The notes beneath the pieces are model-generated. The model worked only from the letters and a program-made list of their open reading frames with translations. It was not told the origin of the DNA and searched no databases. Both the position numbers and the translations under genes were made by a program. 64,000 nucleotides of DNA, taken from the NCBI GenBank assembly GCA_951406725.2, contig OX597835.1:35402001-35466000 (forward strand), written 5' to 3'. Position 1 is the first letter of the stretch. Each line of letters opens with the position of its first letter. This stretch comes from Octopus vulgaris (Eukaryota). Shown in pieces: positions 1 to 16,474 of the stretch.

Positions 1-7
1 TATATGG

Positions 8-78
<71 letters not shown>

Positions 79-278
79 TAGGAAGAAAACCACATTTTAT
101 CAATTCAAAATGAAGAATTAAATTACACTATCTAGAAAATTACATATAATAGAAATATTAAAATTAAAATAACAATAAAATATCAATGATTAAGTAAATT
201 GCCAAAAAAATAATAATAACGTATATATTCCGTCAAATAATAATTATATATATATACATATATATGTATATATATGTA

Positions 279-399
<121 letters not shown>

Positions 400-425
400 G
401 TATATATATATGTATATATTACCAC

Positions 426-1215
426 GATATTACCACGAAGAGTGTGTTCTGAAGAAAAATTTCACCAAAAATGCCAAACTTTAGTGGCCATTCCACTTAA
501 TTTTTTATGTAGTATAATTTTTAATATTCGGATTTATTTAAATATGCAAAGCCACTGGTTTTACTTGATTAGTAGCAATTTCTACCCTCATTATTTAATT
601 GTAATCATATAAATATATGTATGTATATACAAATACACACACACACATTTAGATATATGTACACCTGTATACTTATATATATATACATACACACATACAT
701 ACATGCATACATACATACATACATACATACACACGAATAACCGGGTGTTGTAATTCACTACACTTATGCTCGAGAATAAAGCATCGAATGGAGTGTATAA
801 TATGACATTAAATTATTGCATAATTGTCTCTGCCGTGTTCATATATATATATATATATATATACACTCACACACACAAGCGGTATTTACTTGTTTATATG
901 TCACAGTATTACATGTTTGTTTTAACAGGAAAAGAAATTTGTTGGGTAGCCTCTTATGCATCAAGCGAAGCTAAAGCTATGACGGGTAAAATTTTGTAGC
1001 AAGATATTACCACGAAGAGTGTGTTCTGAAGAAAAATTTCACCAAAAATGCCAAACTTTAGTGGCCATTCCACTTAATTTTTTATGTAGTATAATTTTTT
1101 AATATTCGGATTTATTTAAATATGCAAAGCCACTGGTTTTACTTGATTAGTAGCAATTTCTACCCTCATTATTTAATTGTAATCATATAAATATATGTAT
1201 GTATATACAAATACA
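426..1215. repeat. Direct duplication 426-637 vs 1003-1215
   Basis: About 210 bp identical apart from one homopolymer-length difference. Confidence 0.9.
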
Positions 1216-1319
1216 CCCCCATTTATATTGTACACCTAGTACTTATATATATATAAGCATACACACATACATACATACAGACACACACCCACATATATAT
1301 ACATATACATATATATATA

Positions 1320-1472
1320 CGACTGGCTTCTTTCAGCTTCCGTCTACCAAATCCACTCACAAGGCTTTGGTCGGCCCGAGGCTACAGTAGAAGACACTTG
1401 CCCATGGTGCCACGCAGTGGGATTGTACACGGAACTATGTGGTTGGCAAGCAAGCTATTTACCACACAGCCA
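1320..1472 (-). mobile_element. SINE family A head
   Basis: Homologous to 45545-45700. Further partial copies at about 2813-2948, 7647-7745, 37212-37290, 37838-38035, 38672-39087, 43037-43190, 54632-54765 and 61195-61600. Confidence 0.8.
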
Positions 1473-1750
1473 TTCATCTTCTTATGGTAGGACTGCTGGA
1501 TCAGGAATGACCTTGGGCTAAGCATTAACCTCATGTTTAATACTAGTGTGTACGTATGAGTGTTAAAAATATGTGAAAATAAAATCAAGGCAGAAATACA
1601 AAAAGAAAAATATTGAGATGTTGCTATCGATATTTAACCCCTGGTCAACTCTGAATGAGCTGACACTGTATTCAAGATAATCCAATCTTAGTCATCATGT
1701 CTCGGTTTTTCTACACTTTGGGTTATTTATGACTATTATATTCAATACAT

Positions 1751-2813
<1,063 letters not shown>

Positions 2814-3026
2814 TAGCGGTTCGCCAAAAAGCCGATAGAATAAGTACTAGGTTCCAAAAATAAGTCATGGGGTCGATTTGTTCGACTACAGGCTGTACTC
2901 CATCCTGGACGCAGTCAAATGACTGAAACAAGTAAAAGAATAAAAGAATACATATATACATATATATGTATACGCACACATCTATCCACGTAGAAATATG
3001 TATCTACACATACATACATATGTATA

Positions 3027-3260
<234 letters not shown>

Positions 3261-3326
3261 TAATTTTACTCTGCTATGTATTGAGTACCTTATTTACTGT
3301 GGTTAACCCCGAATCAACCCGGGACC

Positions 3327-3388
<62 letters not shown>

Positions 3389-3890
3389 GCTGAGTGTGTG
3401 TGTACATGTGTGTGTACATGTGTGTGTGCATGTGGGAGTGCACGCGCGAATTTATGTTTAGCAATCCAAATGACGATGGCGTTGTCCGACTCTCTCATTC
3501 GCCAAACTCAAGAGAGCGACGTTGAAATTAATTTAAATATAATACTAATTACGCTAAAGACGATGCCACAGCATGACCCCTATCAGTGGCCGAAATAAGT
3601 AAAAGAAAATATAGACATGTGCATGCATATATATACATACACCACTCTCTCTCTCTCTCTCTGTATATCTTACTTTATTATCATCTTATAATCATCTCAT
3701 AATAATGACTTTTATTACTCTTATTACTACCTCAGTCAATTTAAATGTATATATTTGTCGTTACCTGTCATAAATAACCGTTTTTTAATTGCAATGTGCA
3801 TTTTCGTTGATTTTTCATATTTTACCCTTACATTTCCACGTGTATTTTATATTTTATTTTTTATATTTTCTTTTTGTAACATATTTCTAC

Positions 3891-3997
<107 letters not shown>

Positions 3998-4341
3998 CTG
4001 TGTGTATGTGTGTGTGTGTGTGTGTGTCTGTGTGTTTATGTGTATAACTGCTTCGTTTTCGTATCTGGTTTGCCATGTTCTTCATATAAATTCGCGTTGA
4101 AACGCGAAAAGCAAAGAAACGTGGCCTCCGTACCGGACTAAATCGAAATTTATTGAAAAGATTGTAATTAGCAACGAAAGAGCACTGACAATCTAAAACT
4201 AAAACAAATGAATATCAACGGAACATCTACTGGTTACGCCATATTGGGAATAAATGTAATTTATTGCAAATTTTCAATGAATTAAAAATGTTTAATACAT
4301 ATATACGTGTGTGTGGTGTGTGCGTGTATTCATTGTTATGG

Positions 4342-4379
<38 letters not shown>

Positions 4380-4587
4380 TATATAAGTATATATATACAT
4401 ATATATGTCCTTCATTATAATTATAATCATATATATGTATATATATATATATATATACGCACACATACATACATATATATATATGTATATATGTATATGT
4501 ATATATGTATATGTATATAACCATATATATATATACATATATATATGTAGATATATATAATGTATATATAAGTATATATATATGCAT

Positions 4588-4618
<31 letters not shown>

Positions 4619-4860
4619 AATGTAGATATATATATATGCATATATACATATTGTTGTATTTCGGAATGGTCATTTATATATGTTATATTAGATGTGTAAA
4701 CATAATATATATATATATATGTTTCTATACACACACGCACAAGCAGCATGTCATTACCACAACTTCCTTTATGTTAAAGTAAGAAAACATTTTCAATGTA
4801 AAATATATTTGAAGTAAAAGCTACAGTTATTGTACTTTAAGACTATTATTATTATTATTA

Positions 4861-4950
<90 letters not shown>

Positions 4951-5072
4951 GTTATAATAATAATAAGATTTCCTAAGATAATGGGTTTTCCCAGCAAGGA
5001 TATAATTATATATGAAACGGTTTCATCTTATTGCACTTATATTACTCGGTCAAATTATTCTATACTGTGATT

Positions 5073-5137
<65 letters not shown>

Positions 5138-5298
5138 CCTTTCTACTATAGGCACAAGGCCAGAAATTTGGGGAAGGAGTCAGTGTATTAGATCGACTCC
5201 AGTACGCAACTAGTACTTAATTTGTAGACACCCGGCGGAATTTTAACTGAAAATGTAGCATTTCGCCCGGCGTGCTCACAATTCCGCCAGCTCACCCT

Positions 5299-5358
<60 letters not shown>

Positions 5359-5412
5359 ATAATAATAATAATAATAATAATAATGATAATAATAATAATA
5401 ATAATAATAATG

Positions 5413-5480
<68 letters not shown>

Positions 5481-5524
5481 AATAATATTAATAATAATAA
5501 TAAGAAGAAGGCAAAGAAAAAGAA

Positions 5525-5905
5525 GGATTTCTCTTACTGGCCACAAGGCCCCGATTTATTGAGGACTGCATCAAAAGACGAAGGGATGGGTTTTACATCG
5601 ATAAAAAATGGGATAAGAATATAACAAAAGACATAAAAATAGAAACCATAAAAATATATGAATAGAACACCCGATAATGGGGTAGCATACGTATGGGAAT
5701 TCAGGAAAGTCCACCCCCTCACAGTCCCAAATATCTCTGCCGACTCCAATGTATCGGGAGTGTTCTGTCCCTTTTCCAGTTTCTAACGCCTTACTTAGAA
5801 AAGCATGTTACTCAGAGTAGGCTTATTCGGCCTCATCAGTCTTGCATCGCTCATCCACCTTCCAATAAACACACAGGAAGGCAGGGTCCTCCGTCTCTAC
5901 TCTTT
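5525..5905 (-). mobile_element. Probable 3' fragment of an L1/Tx1-like LINE inserted in (AAT)n
   Basis: Complex island between AAT tracts. The minus strand gives a decayed peptide (RVE..LPSCVFIGRWMSDARLMR..) and ends CCTTGTGGCCAGTAAGAGAAAT, similar to the tail at 18781-18803. Clade assignment is from recall, not a search. Confidence 0.45.
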
Positions 5906-5916
5906 TAATAATAATA

Positions 5917-5995
<79 letters not shown>

Positions 5996-6355
5996 TAAAA
6001 AAATTACAATAATAATAATAATTTCTACTATCGGTACACGACCTGAAATTTTGGAGATTATATCGATTTCGATGCTTAACTGGTGCTATTTTTATCGACC
6101 CCGAAAGGATAAAAGGCAAAGTCAACCTCTGAAGAATTTGAACTCAGAACGTAAAGACCGACGAACCGCAGCTAAACATTTTGTCCTGCGTTGCGTGCTA
6201 ACGATTCTTTCAGGTCATCGGTTGAAGAATTACAATAATGATGATGATGATGATGATAATGATGATGATGATAATGATGATGATGATGAGGATGATGATG
6301 ACGATGATGAAGAAAATAGTAATAATAATAATAATCATAATAATAATAAAAATAA

Positions 6356-6434
<79 letters not shown>

Positions 6435-6451
6435 GGAAATAAAGGAGATGA

Positions 6452-6550
6452 AAGAAGAAGAAGAAGAAGAAGAAGAAGAAGAAGAAGAAGAAGAAGAAGA
6501 AGAAGAAGAAGAAGAAGAAGAAGAAGAAGAAGAAGAAGAAGAAGAAGAAG

Positions 6551-6580
<30 letters not shown>
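6452..6580 (+). repeat. Perfect (GAA)n microsatellite
   Basis: Uninterrupted trinucleotide run. Confidence 0.98.
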
Positions 6581-6581
<1 letters not shown>

Positions 6582-6895
6582 TTAATCTAAAGCGCAGGTT
6601 TCATATTTGAGGTTAATGTGTATGCCGGTCCTTGTCAAACCCGGCTATAATTACCTGGTAATTTAGCTTCCAAATGAGCAACGATTACGGCGTGCCGTTA
6701 TATACGCTGAATGGAATTACAAATTGTTCTACCCAACTCGTCGAAGATTCCATGCCATCGCCACGAAAAAGATCTTCACAGAAATTTCGAATCACATATT
6801 AATTTTATTTGAGCTGTTCATAAACGTTTTAGCTTAAACAAATACGTGAAGTTAAGAAATATAAAGACGTAAATTGAATATATAGGTTATAAATT

Positions 6896-6968
<73 letters not shown>

Positions 6969-6989
6969 AAATAGACAAAACTATATATG

Positions 6990-7029
<40 letters not shown>

Positions 7030-7292
7030 CACACGTAATTATATATGCATGTACATATATAAGAATATACATTAATAAATATACACGCACATAATTTTGT
7101 GTGTGTGATGTGTTAGTATATATGTATGCAAAATATATTTATACATATATATATATATATATACGTAAATAGATAGACAGACAGACAGACAAGCAGACAT
7201 ATTGATCCATATAAACACATGCATTTATATATATATTATATATATATATATTATATATATATTTGTGTGTGTGTGTGTGTTTGTTTATATAG

Positions 7293-7379
<87 letters not shown>

Positions 7380-7439
7380 AATGTATATATATATATGTAT
7401 AAATATATTTTACCTACTTATATTCTAATACGCGCAAAA

Positions 7440-7496
<57 letters not shown>

Positions 7497-7745
7497 CATA
7501 CACATATTTATGTATAGTTATATATATCTATCCTATATATGTGTGTGTATGTATGTATAAATGAATTTATACACAGTCATAAAATTACAAAAAAATATGT
7601 ATTCTACATGTATTTATTAATGTATAAATTTATTGATATATGTATGCATGGCCGCAGTCTAATGACTGAAACAGATAAAAGATAAGAGATGGTGCCCCAG
7701 CATGGCCGCAGCCTTCGGGTTAAAACATTTTAAAGGATTTAAGGA

Positions 7746-7788
<43 letters not shown>

Positions 7789-7823
7789 TTGTATATGTAT
7801 ATATATATATATTTATATATTTG

Positions 7824-7897
<74 letters not shown>

Positions 7898-8213
7898 TAT
7901 ATACATATAGATATATAGATATATATATGTGTGTGCGTGTGTGTGTGTGTATACATTTTACATACATTATATGCATTTACATAAATTTATCTACACACGT
8001 ATGTATGTTTGTATCTGTGTGTTTTTCTATGTGTATGTGTGTGTGTTTCGATACGCGTGTGCGTGTGTGCACGTTATCATGTAATGAGGTAGAACATACT
8101 TAGAACAGAATTAGAGTTTATCATTCACTTCACATTCAAATCAAACATGTGTGTGTGTGTGCATCTATGTAAATACGTTGGTACGCTTGTATATGTCATA
8201 TGTATTTGCGTCC

Positions 8214-8253
<40 letters not shown>

Positions 8254-8299
8254 TAATTAAATCTCAGAATGAGATTGAAACAGTAATCGCTCGATAATG

Positions 8300-8382
8300 T
8301 AAAGTATAGAAGCCATCTTATATATATATAAGGATGAAAACAAAGTCAATGTGGTTAGCCATGATAAGATGGCTTCTATACT

Positions 8383-8385
<3 letters not shown>
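8300..8385. repeat. 22-bp inverted repeat in a TA-embedded island
   Basis: TAAAGTATAGAAGCCATCTTAT (8300-8321) / ATAAGATGGCTTCTATACTTTA (8364-8385). Confidence 0.9.
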
Positions 8386-8423
<38 letters not shown>

Positions 8424-8635
8424 TACATACATACTTACATACACACATATTTATATATATTTTATATATATATATATACATACACACACCTATATATGCA
8501 TATATATGTATATATATTTATATATACATATATAGATATATATATATACATAGATATGTATATAATTATATATTTATACAATCCTACACATAGTCGTGTG
8601 TATATATATGTATATAAATCTTTATCTATCAATCA

Positions 8636-8689
<54 letters not shown>

Positions 8690-9417
8690 ATATACATATA
8701 TATATGTATGTATGTATATTTATATATAGACACCAATACATACAACATACAAACTTACCAACATACATATTTATTTACATAAATAAATACACACATGCAT
8801 GTATTTATACATACATATATACATATATCTATATGTGTAGGCATATACAATATAAATTAGGTATGTGTATAAGTATTTATATTTATGATATATGTGTGAG
8901 TGCGCCCTCGTGTATATATATATAGTAAAATGTAACGTTAGGATTTTCACGCAGTTAGTATATAATACCTACTAATGACTCTCATCTCAGTTAAGAGGTT
9001 TTAAATAAAAATTAATTGTAATATACATACGTCATTCACGGCGGTAACGCTCTTAGTTTAGAATGTACGTATATATGTGCGTATATATGATGTGTGTGTG
9101 TGTGTGCACATATATATATCCTCACACAAACACACACTCGTACACATACACTTGTAAATGCGTGTGTGCATGTGTGTGCGTGCGTGCAGGCATGTATCTG
9201 TCTAGAAATGTTTGTGTTTACTGAATAGAGCGTGAGGTACTCAATAGGAAATAAATGTGCAATTCTTCAACCCAGTTTATCCTCACTTGATGCTTAATGG
9301 TATTGACTATTTCTATAACAACATAATGCCTCCAAAATAAATCAATTAGAACTGGTGGCTTATTTTAACAAATTCGAGAAGCAAAAGTGAAGGTCTGATT
9401 TGAACATCAATAGTAGC

Positions 9418-9483
<66 letters not shown>

Positions 9484-9762
9484 CAATAAAAATAAATAAT
9501 AATAATAATAATAATAATAAATAATAATAATAATGATAATAGCAATGATCCATTGTAATGTAGGCACAAGGCATTAACTTTTAAGGAGCAAATATGGCGC
9601 TTGCAACCACCTGAGTTCTCTACCGGTACTTTTATCCTGAAGGGGATGAAAAGTAATGTCGACCTAGGCGGTATTTGAAATCACAATGTACAGAGCCGGA
9701 AGAAATATTGCTAAGCATTTTGTCCGAAGCGCTGCCGATTGTGCCAGCTCGTTGTGTTAATA

Positions 9763-9866
<104 letters not shown>

Positions 9867-10077
9867 CCTTTTCTGCTATAGGCGCAAGACCTGGAATTTT
9901 AGGGTCGAGGGCCAGTCGATTACAGCGACACTACTGCTCAACTGGTACTTGCATTATTGACCATAAAATGATCAAAGAAAATGATCGATTTCGACGGCAT
10001 TTGTGCGGAAAGAGCCGGAAGATATACTGCTAGGCATTTCGTCCGGCGTACACACATTTTCCGTCAGTTTGCCGCCC

Positions 10078-10123
<46 letters not shown>

Positions 10124-10134
10124 CAATAATAATA

Positions 10135-10167
<33 letters not shown>

Positions 10168-10175
10168 TAATAATA

Positions 10176-10262
<87 letters not shown>

Positions 10263-10653
10263 TCAACAACAACAACAACCACATGTAGCTACCAGAAACT
10301 CTCAAAGACAGCAGGATGAGTACAAACGAAACGGTAAAGCATCGGTACTAAGGGGTTGACGGCTTCCAGAAACACGTGTTGAAAGAAAATAACAATAAGA
10401 AAAAAAAATTACAAAAAGAAAATATTCAATTACAGGGACATTCCTTTATTGATTTAATCGAGGAACCCCATAGATTTTGGAGCAGTTAGGCTACTAAGGG
10501 CAAGTGCATTGGGCACAGGGCCAAAAATTCGTAGGTGGGATTTTAGACAATAGGACAGAAACCCGAAGGACTACATCGATTGCTTTTCTGTTTGCTACTC
10601 CAGAAAGATGAAAGCTAAACGCTGATTTCCACTGAACTTCAACGCAAATCTGA

Positions 10654-10692
<39 letters not shown>

Positions 10693-10728
10693 TTAATAAT
10701 AATAATAATGATAATAATAATAATAATG

Positions 10729-10784
<56 letters not shown>

Positions 10785-10949
10785 TATGATGACATTGATT
10801 ATAGACCACCAGGGTTGAAGGTGTCGACTGTACAGAAACAAAATACAAAAAGGTGTGCTTATGACTGAGCGCGAAAGAAAAGGCGTCGGAAAATGGCGAA
10901 ATAAACAACAAAAGAACGGTATAAAAACAACAACCATAAGTAATTATAA

Positions 10950-11236
10950 TTCTATTAAAGGCACAAGGCCTGAAATTTTTGGGGGGAGAGACTAGGCAGG
11001 CAATAACATCGATCCAAGTGTGTAACTGGTACTTATTTTATTCACCACGAAGGTGAATGAAAGATAAAGTCGACCTCGGCAGAATTTGAACTCGGAATGT
11101 GAAGACGAACAAAATGCCACTAAGCGGTTCGCTCGGCATGCTAAAGATTCTACCACCACCAAGAACAACAACGACATCAACAAGAACAACAACAGCAACA
11201 ACAACAAGAATAATAATAATGATAATAATAATAATG

Positions 11237-11299
<63 letters not shown>

Positions 11300-11732
11300 G
11301 TAATAATTCTTTCCAATTTTGGCACAAAGGCACCAATGTAAAGGGAAGCGAGAAAAGGTGATTATATTGACCTCAGTCCTTCACTCATTTCATCGATCTC
11401 GAAAGGATGAAAGGCAAAGTCGACCTCGGCGGTATTTGAAATCAAAACGTAAATGCAATTTGTCCGACGCGTTAACGATTCCGCCAGCTCGCCGCCTTGA
11501 GGAATGATAATAACAATAATCTTTTCTACTATAGGTACAAGGCCTGAAATTTTAGGGGAATGTGGGTATTTCAACTATATCGACCCCCCACCCCCAGTGC
11601 TCAAGTGATACTCATATTTTATCGACCCTGAAAAGATGAAAACAAAGTCAACTTCAACGGTATTGACGGACGAAATACGGCTAAGCAATTTCGTTCGGCG
11701 TGCTAACTATTCTGCCCGCTCATTACTTTAAG

Positions 11733-11790
<58 letters not shown>

Positions 11791-12032
11791 CCTTTCTGCT
11801 AAAGGCACAAGGCTTGAAATTGGGGAGGGATAAGTCAATGACATCAACTCCAGTACTTGATTGGTACTTAATTTATCGACCTTGAAAGGATGAAAGGCAA
11901 AGTCGGCGGCATTTGAACTCAGAACGTAGCGACGGGCGAAATACCGCCAAGCATTTTGCCCGGCGTGCTAACGTCTCTGCCCGTTCTCCAGCTTAAGGAA
12001 TAATAATAATAATGATGATGATGATGATGATG

Positions 12033-12091
<59 letters not shown>

Positions 12092-12300
12092 TTCAAATTT
12101 TTGTCACAGGGGCAGCTTGGGGAAGGAGATTAAGTCGATTACATCGACCCCAGTGTTTCACTGGTACTTAATTTATCGACTCCGAAAGAATGAAAGGCAA
12201 AGTCGACTTCGGCGGAATTTGAACTCAGAACGTAGTGACGGGCGAAATACCGCTAAGCATTTTGCGCGGCGTACGAACGATTCTGCCAGCTCACCACCTC
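10950..12300 (-). mobile_element. Five co-oriented copies of SINE family B (Deu/Nin-like central domain) separated by (AAT)n
   Basis: Copies at about 10950-11158, 11310-11498, 11520-11730, 11790-11995 and 12090-12300. By-eye family consensus on the minus strand: GGCGAGCTGGCAGAATCGTT...GAGTTCAAATTCCGCCGAGGTCGACTTTGCCTTTCATCCTTTCGGGGTCGATAAATTAAGTACCAG. Domain name is from recall. Confidence 0.85.
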
Positions 12301-12303
12301 AAG

Positions 12304-12379
<76 letters not shown>

Positions 12380-12461
12380 AACAACAGTAATAACAATGTA
12401 ATAAAAATTGTGATAATAGTAATTATAATAGCAATAGTGAAAATTGACGGAATATACTCAC

Positions 12462-12873
12462 TTTCTCGATAGAACTGAAAATAAGGATTTCTGTAGCGTC
12501 CTTGGAACCAGGGACAGTATGTTCCAATAATGTTTTTCTGCTGAAATGATGCAAAAGGTGGAAGTGATGCCGATAAAGATGAATCTTGGTAATCCATTCG
12601 GGTCATCATTGTTGGACTAACGCTAGGTTCTAACAGATGGTGTTTGTCCTTGTTATTCATGATGATGATATTATTGTTAATGCTGTTAATATTATGAATG
12701 TTGTTGTTGTTAATGATATTGTTGTTGTTGTTGTTGTTGATGGTGTTGCAGGCAATAACATCGATCCAAGTGTGTAACGAGTTATTGCTTTTGTCTTCTT
12801 GACCCAATATCCTACTGATCGAAAACGATACCGAAGCAGGGTTCGGACAGTTTTCTGATTTGGGTTCCGACAT
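12462..12873 (-). CDS. First coding exon of an eh1-motif (Groucho/TLE-binding) transcription factor, probably an NKL-class homeobox gene (Tlx-like as a guess); downstream exons not found in window
   Basis: ATG at 12873. Protein MSEPKSENCPNPASVSFSISRILGQEDK... carries FSISRIL, matching the eh1 consensus FSIxxIL near the N-terminus. An Asn-rich linker and a YCPWF tryptophan motif follow. The frame leaves complex sequence at a canonical donor GAAA|GTGAGT (GT at 12461-12460, phase 1; 137 codons + 1 nt). Bases 12748-12778 may be an assembly contaminant (see findings). Confidence 0.7.
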
Positions 12874-13072
12874 TTTGGTGCCTTTTATTATTATTATTAT
12901 TTTTTTTCGGTTTGTTTTGTTGTTGGTTAATTATCCGTACGCATAGGCTGATGGGGGTTGGGAAAGTTGGTGGCGGGGGGACTCAAAAGAACCACAAACA
13001 CAGACAAACAAAAGATAAAGAAATTCTCCCTTCAAAACAACGTGATATATTTATATATATATATATATATAC

Positions 13073-13103
<31 letters not shown>

Positions 13104-13561
13104 TAAATATATATGATATATATGTGTGGAAATATCTATATATATATATTTATATATAAGTAATTATATATTAAATATATATATATGTATGTATGTGTAA
13201 ATGTATAACCTCAGTCCTTCACTCATTTCATCGATCTCGAAAGGATGAAAGGCAAAGTCGACCTCGGCGGTATTTGAAATCAAAACTGTAAATGTTTTTT
13301 TCCTTCGAATTAGTAAACTCCGCAGGTAAATCATTAATTAATTATTATATCTCATTAAACGGAGGGAGGGGATGGCGGCGGTGGGGGTTGCGACGTGGTG
13401 TGGGGAGGAGGGAGAGGGATATACAATAGGTCTGGAGGTACGTGTTATTATTTTTTTTTTCTATTCTGTTTTGTTGTTGCTCGGGGTGGAAGGGTGGGTG
13501 GTGGTGATGATTTTGTTTTTTTTGTTACATCTGTATTCTGCCCGCTCATTACTTTAAAGAG

Positions 13562-13619
<58 letters not shown>

Positions 13620-13867
13620 CCTTTCTGCTAAAGGCACAAGGCTTGAAATTGGGGAGGGATAAGTCAATGACATCAACTCCAGTACTTGATTGGTACTTAA
13701 TTTATCGACCTTGAAAGGATGAAAGGCAAAGTCGGCGGCATTTGAACTCAGAACGTAGCGACGGGCGAAATAGATATATAATTAAATAGGTAACTATATA
13801 CATATTCATGTACAAACACTCAACTATGTATATATTTATGTATATATATATGATGATGATGATGATG

Positions 13868-13926
<59 letters not shown>

Positions 13927-13939
13927 TTCAAATTTTTGT

Positions 13940-14519
13940 CACACATACATGCATACATACACACATGCGCAGAATTTTATATATAAATAATGTACTTTAT
14001 ATCTACATGTGAGTAATAACAATTATGTATATATATGTTATATGTGGTAATATTGTTGGGAGGGGAAGAGTGTGGGGGCGGGTGGGTGGGTAAGCGTTTT
14101 GGGAAATCGATTTGTACTTACATATCTGCAAATACACTAGGGTATAACAAATCCATCCATCAATTTGTCATTCAAGTTGTTACATCAAAAATAATAATAA
14201 TAATAATATTAATAATAACGATAATAATAATAATAACAATAATAATGATAATAGCAACAATAATAATAATAATAAATAATGATAACAACAATGATAACAA
14301 TAATGTGTGTCACGTGAAAATTTTAAGAGCCTTTCAGATCATAATAACGATGAGGCGCTGATGATGATAGTGACGACGATAATGATGATGATGATGACGA
14401 TGAAGACGATGATTATGATGATGATATTGGTAAGTAATAAAAAACCCGTTCCGCGTGTATGTGACTGTATTATAATCCTTTTCTTCTTTTTGTTTTTCTT
14501 TTAAATATTTTCGGTTATT

Positions 14520-14552
<33 letters not shown>

Positions 14553-15137
14553 GTTATTATTATTATTATTATTATTACATATATATATATATATATATTT
14601 TTTTTTACATCAGTAATTTTTTTCTTGTATGTAATTCCACGTTAGAGATATTTGTCGTTGTTGTTGTTGATCTCGCTTCTTGTATTAAAACAGTATGTGT
14701 TGATCTTGACGTTGTTGTTGTTGTTGTTGCTGCTGCTGTTGTTGTTGTTGTCTTTCGGTGGTTATTTTTGTTGTTGTTGTTGTTGTTGTTGATCTTGCCA
14801 CTGCTGCTGCTGTTTGTTACTCCTAAAGTGTTCGCTCTTGTTTAATGTTATTATACCACTGACAACAGCGATGACGGCGCTGCTGCTGCTGCTGCTGCGG
14901 CGGCGGCGGCTGCTACTGCTGCTGCTGCTGTTACTGCTACTGCTGCTTCTGCTGGTGATGATGGTGATGTTGCTAATCTTGATGACGACCACGACGACGA
15001 CAACAATGGTGATGAAGAGGTACTTGATGATAAGGCTGATGACAATGGTACTTGCAATAAATCGTCCCGCACATTGTTGAGGTGTTTTTCCATGTTTACC
15101 TAGGGAGAAGCAAAGAGTATATATTTAACGGTATATA

Positions 15138-15181
<44 letters not shown>

Positions 15182-15556
15182 GAGAGAAAGAGAGAGATGT
15201 ATATACATACATACATACATACATATATATATATATTATATATGCATATATACATATATATATATGCATATATATATGCATATATATATATTATATATAT
15301 ATATATCTATATATTTAGAGAGAGAGAGAGAGAGAGAGGGGAGAGGGAGAGAGAGAGTGAGAGAGTTTATGGACACATGCACACAGGCGATATACAATAG
15401 GTCTGGAGGTACGTGTATATATCTATATGCTCGGGGTGGAAGGGTGTGTGTGTGTGTGTGTGTTACATGCACGTGTATTAATGCGGCGTGAGATACATAG
15501 TAATGATAATAATGATGATGATGATGATAATAATAATAATAACAATAATTAATGAT

Positions 15557-15643
<87 letters not shown>

Positions 15644-15763
15644 CATGATGATGGCGATGATGATGATGATAACAAAATTCTTCAGTTAAAGAGGCAAATA
15701 GATATATAATCTTCAACTATATACATATTCATGTACAAACACTCAACTATGTATATATTTATG

Positions 15764-15794
<31 letters not shown>

Positions 15795-16441
15795 ATGTGT
15801 AATATATAAGTAATTATATAAATATGTGTTTGTGTCTACAGATTTATAAAATGGCTCCCACACATACATGCATACATACACACATGCGCAGAATTTTATA
15901 TATAAATAATGTACTTTATATCTACATGTGAGTAATAACAATTATGTATATATATGTTATATGTGGTAATATTGTTGGGAGGGGAAGAGTGTGGGGGCGG
16001 GTGGGTGGGTAAGCGTTTTGGGAAATCGATTTGTACTTACATATCTGCAAATACACTAGGGTATAACAAATCCATCCATCAATTTGTCATTCAAGTTGTT
16101 ACATCAAAAATAATAATAATAATAATATTAATAATAACGATAATAATAATAATAACAATAATAATGATAATAGCAACAATAATAATAATAATAAATAATG
16201 ATAACAACAATGATAACAATAATGTGTGTGTCACGTGAAAATTTTAAGAGCCTTTCAGATCATAATAACGATGAGGCGCTGATGATGATAGTGACGACGA
16301 TAATGATGATGATGATGACGATGAAGACGATGATTATGATGATGATATTGGTAAGTAATAAAAAACTCCGTTCCGCGTGTATGTGACTGTATTATAATCC
16401 TTTTCTTCTTTTTGTTTTTCTTTTAAATATTTTCGGTTATT

Positions 16442-16474
<33 letters not shown>

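Noticed and set aside
4962-5032. Hammerhead-like island (AATAAGAT/ATCTTATT stem with GAAACGGTTT)
   Set aside because: The first core box reads CCTAAGA with wrong spacing; too decayed to call.
5820-5845. Minus-strand CTGATGAGGCCGAAT
   Set aside because: Lies within a decayed LINE coding fragment; no stem III or UH site.
5805-6590. 261-aa ORF with poly-N/D/R
   Set aside because: Runs through a LINE tail, a SINE and trinucleotide repeats.
10950-12300. Regularly spaced repeats suggestive of CRISPR
   Set aside because: The units are ~200-bp diverged SINEs separated by microsatellite; the context is eukaryotic and there are no cas genes.
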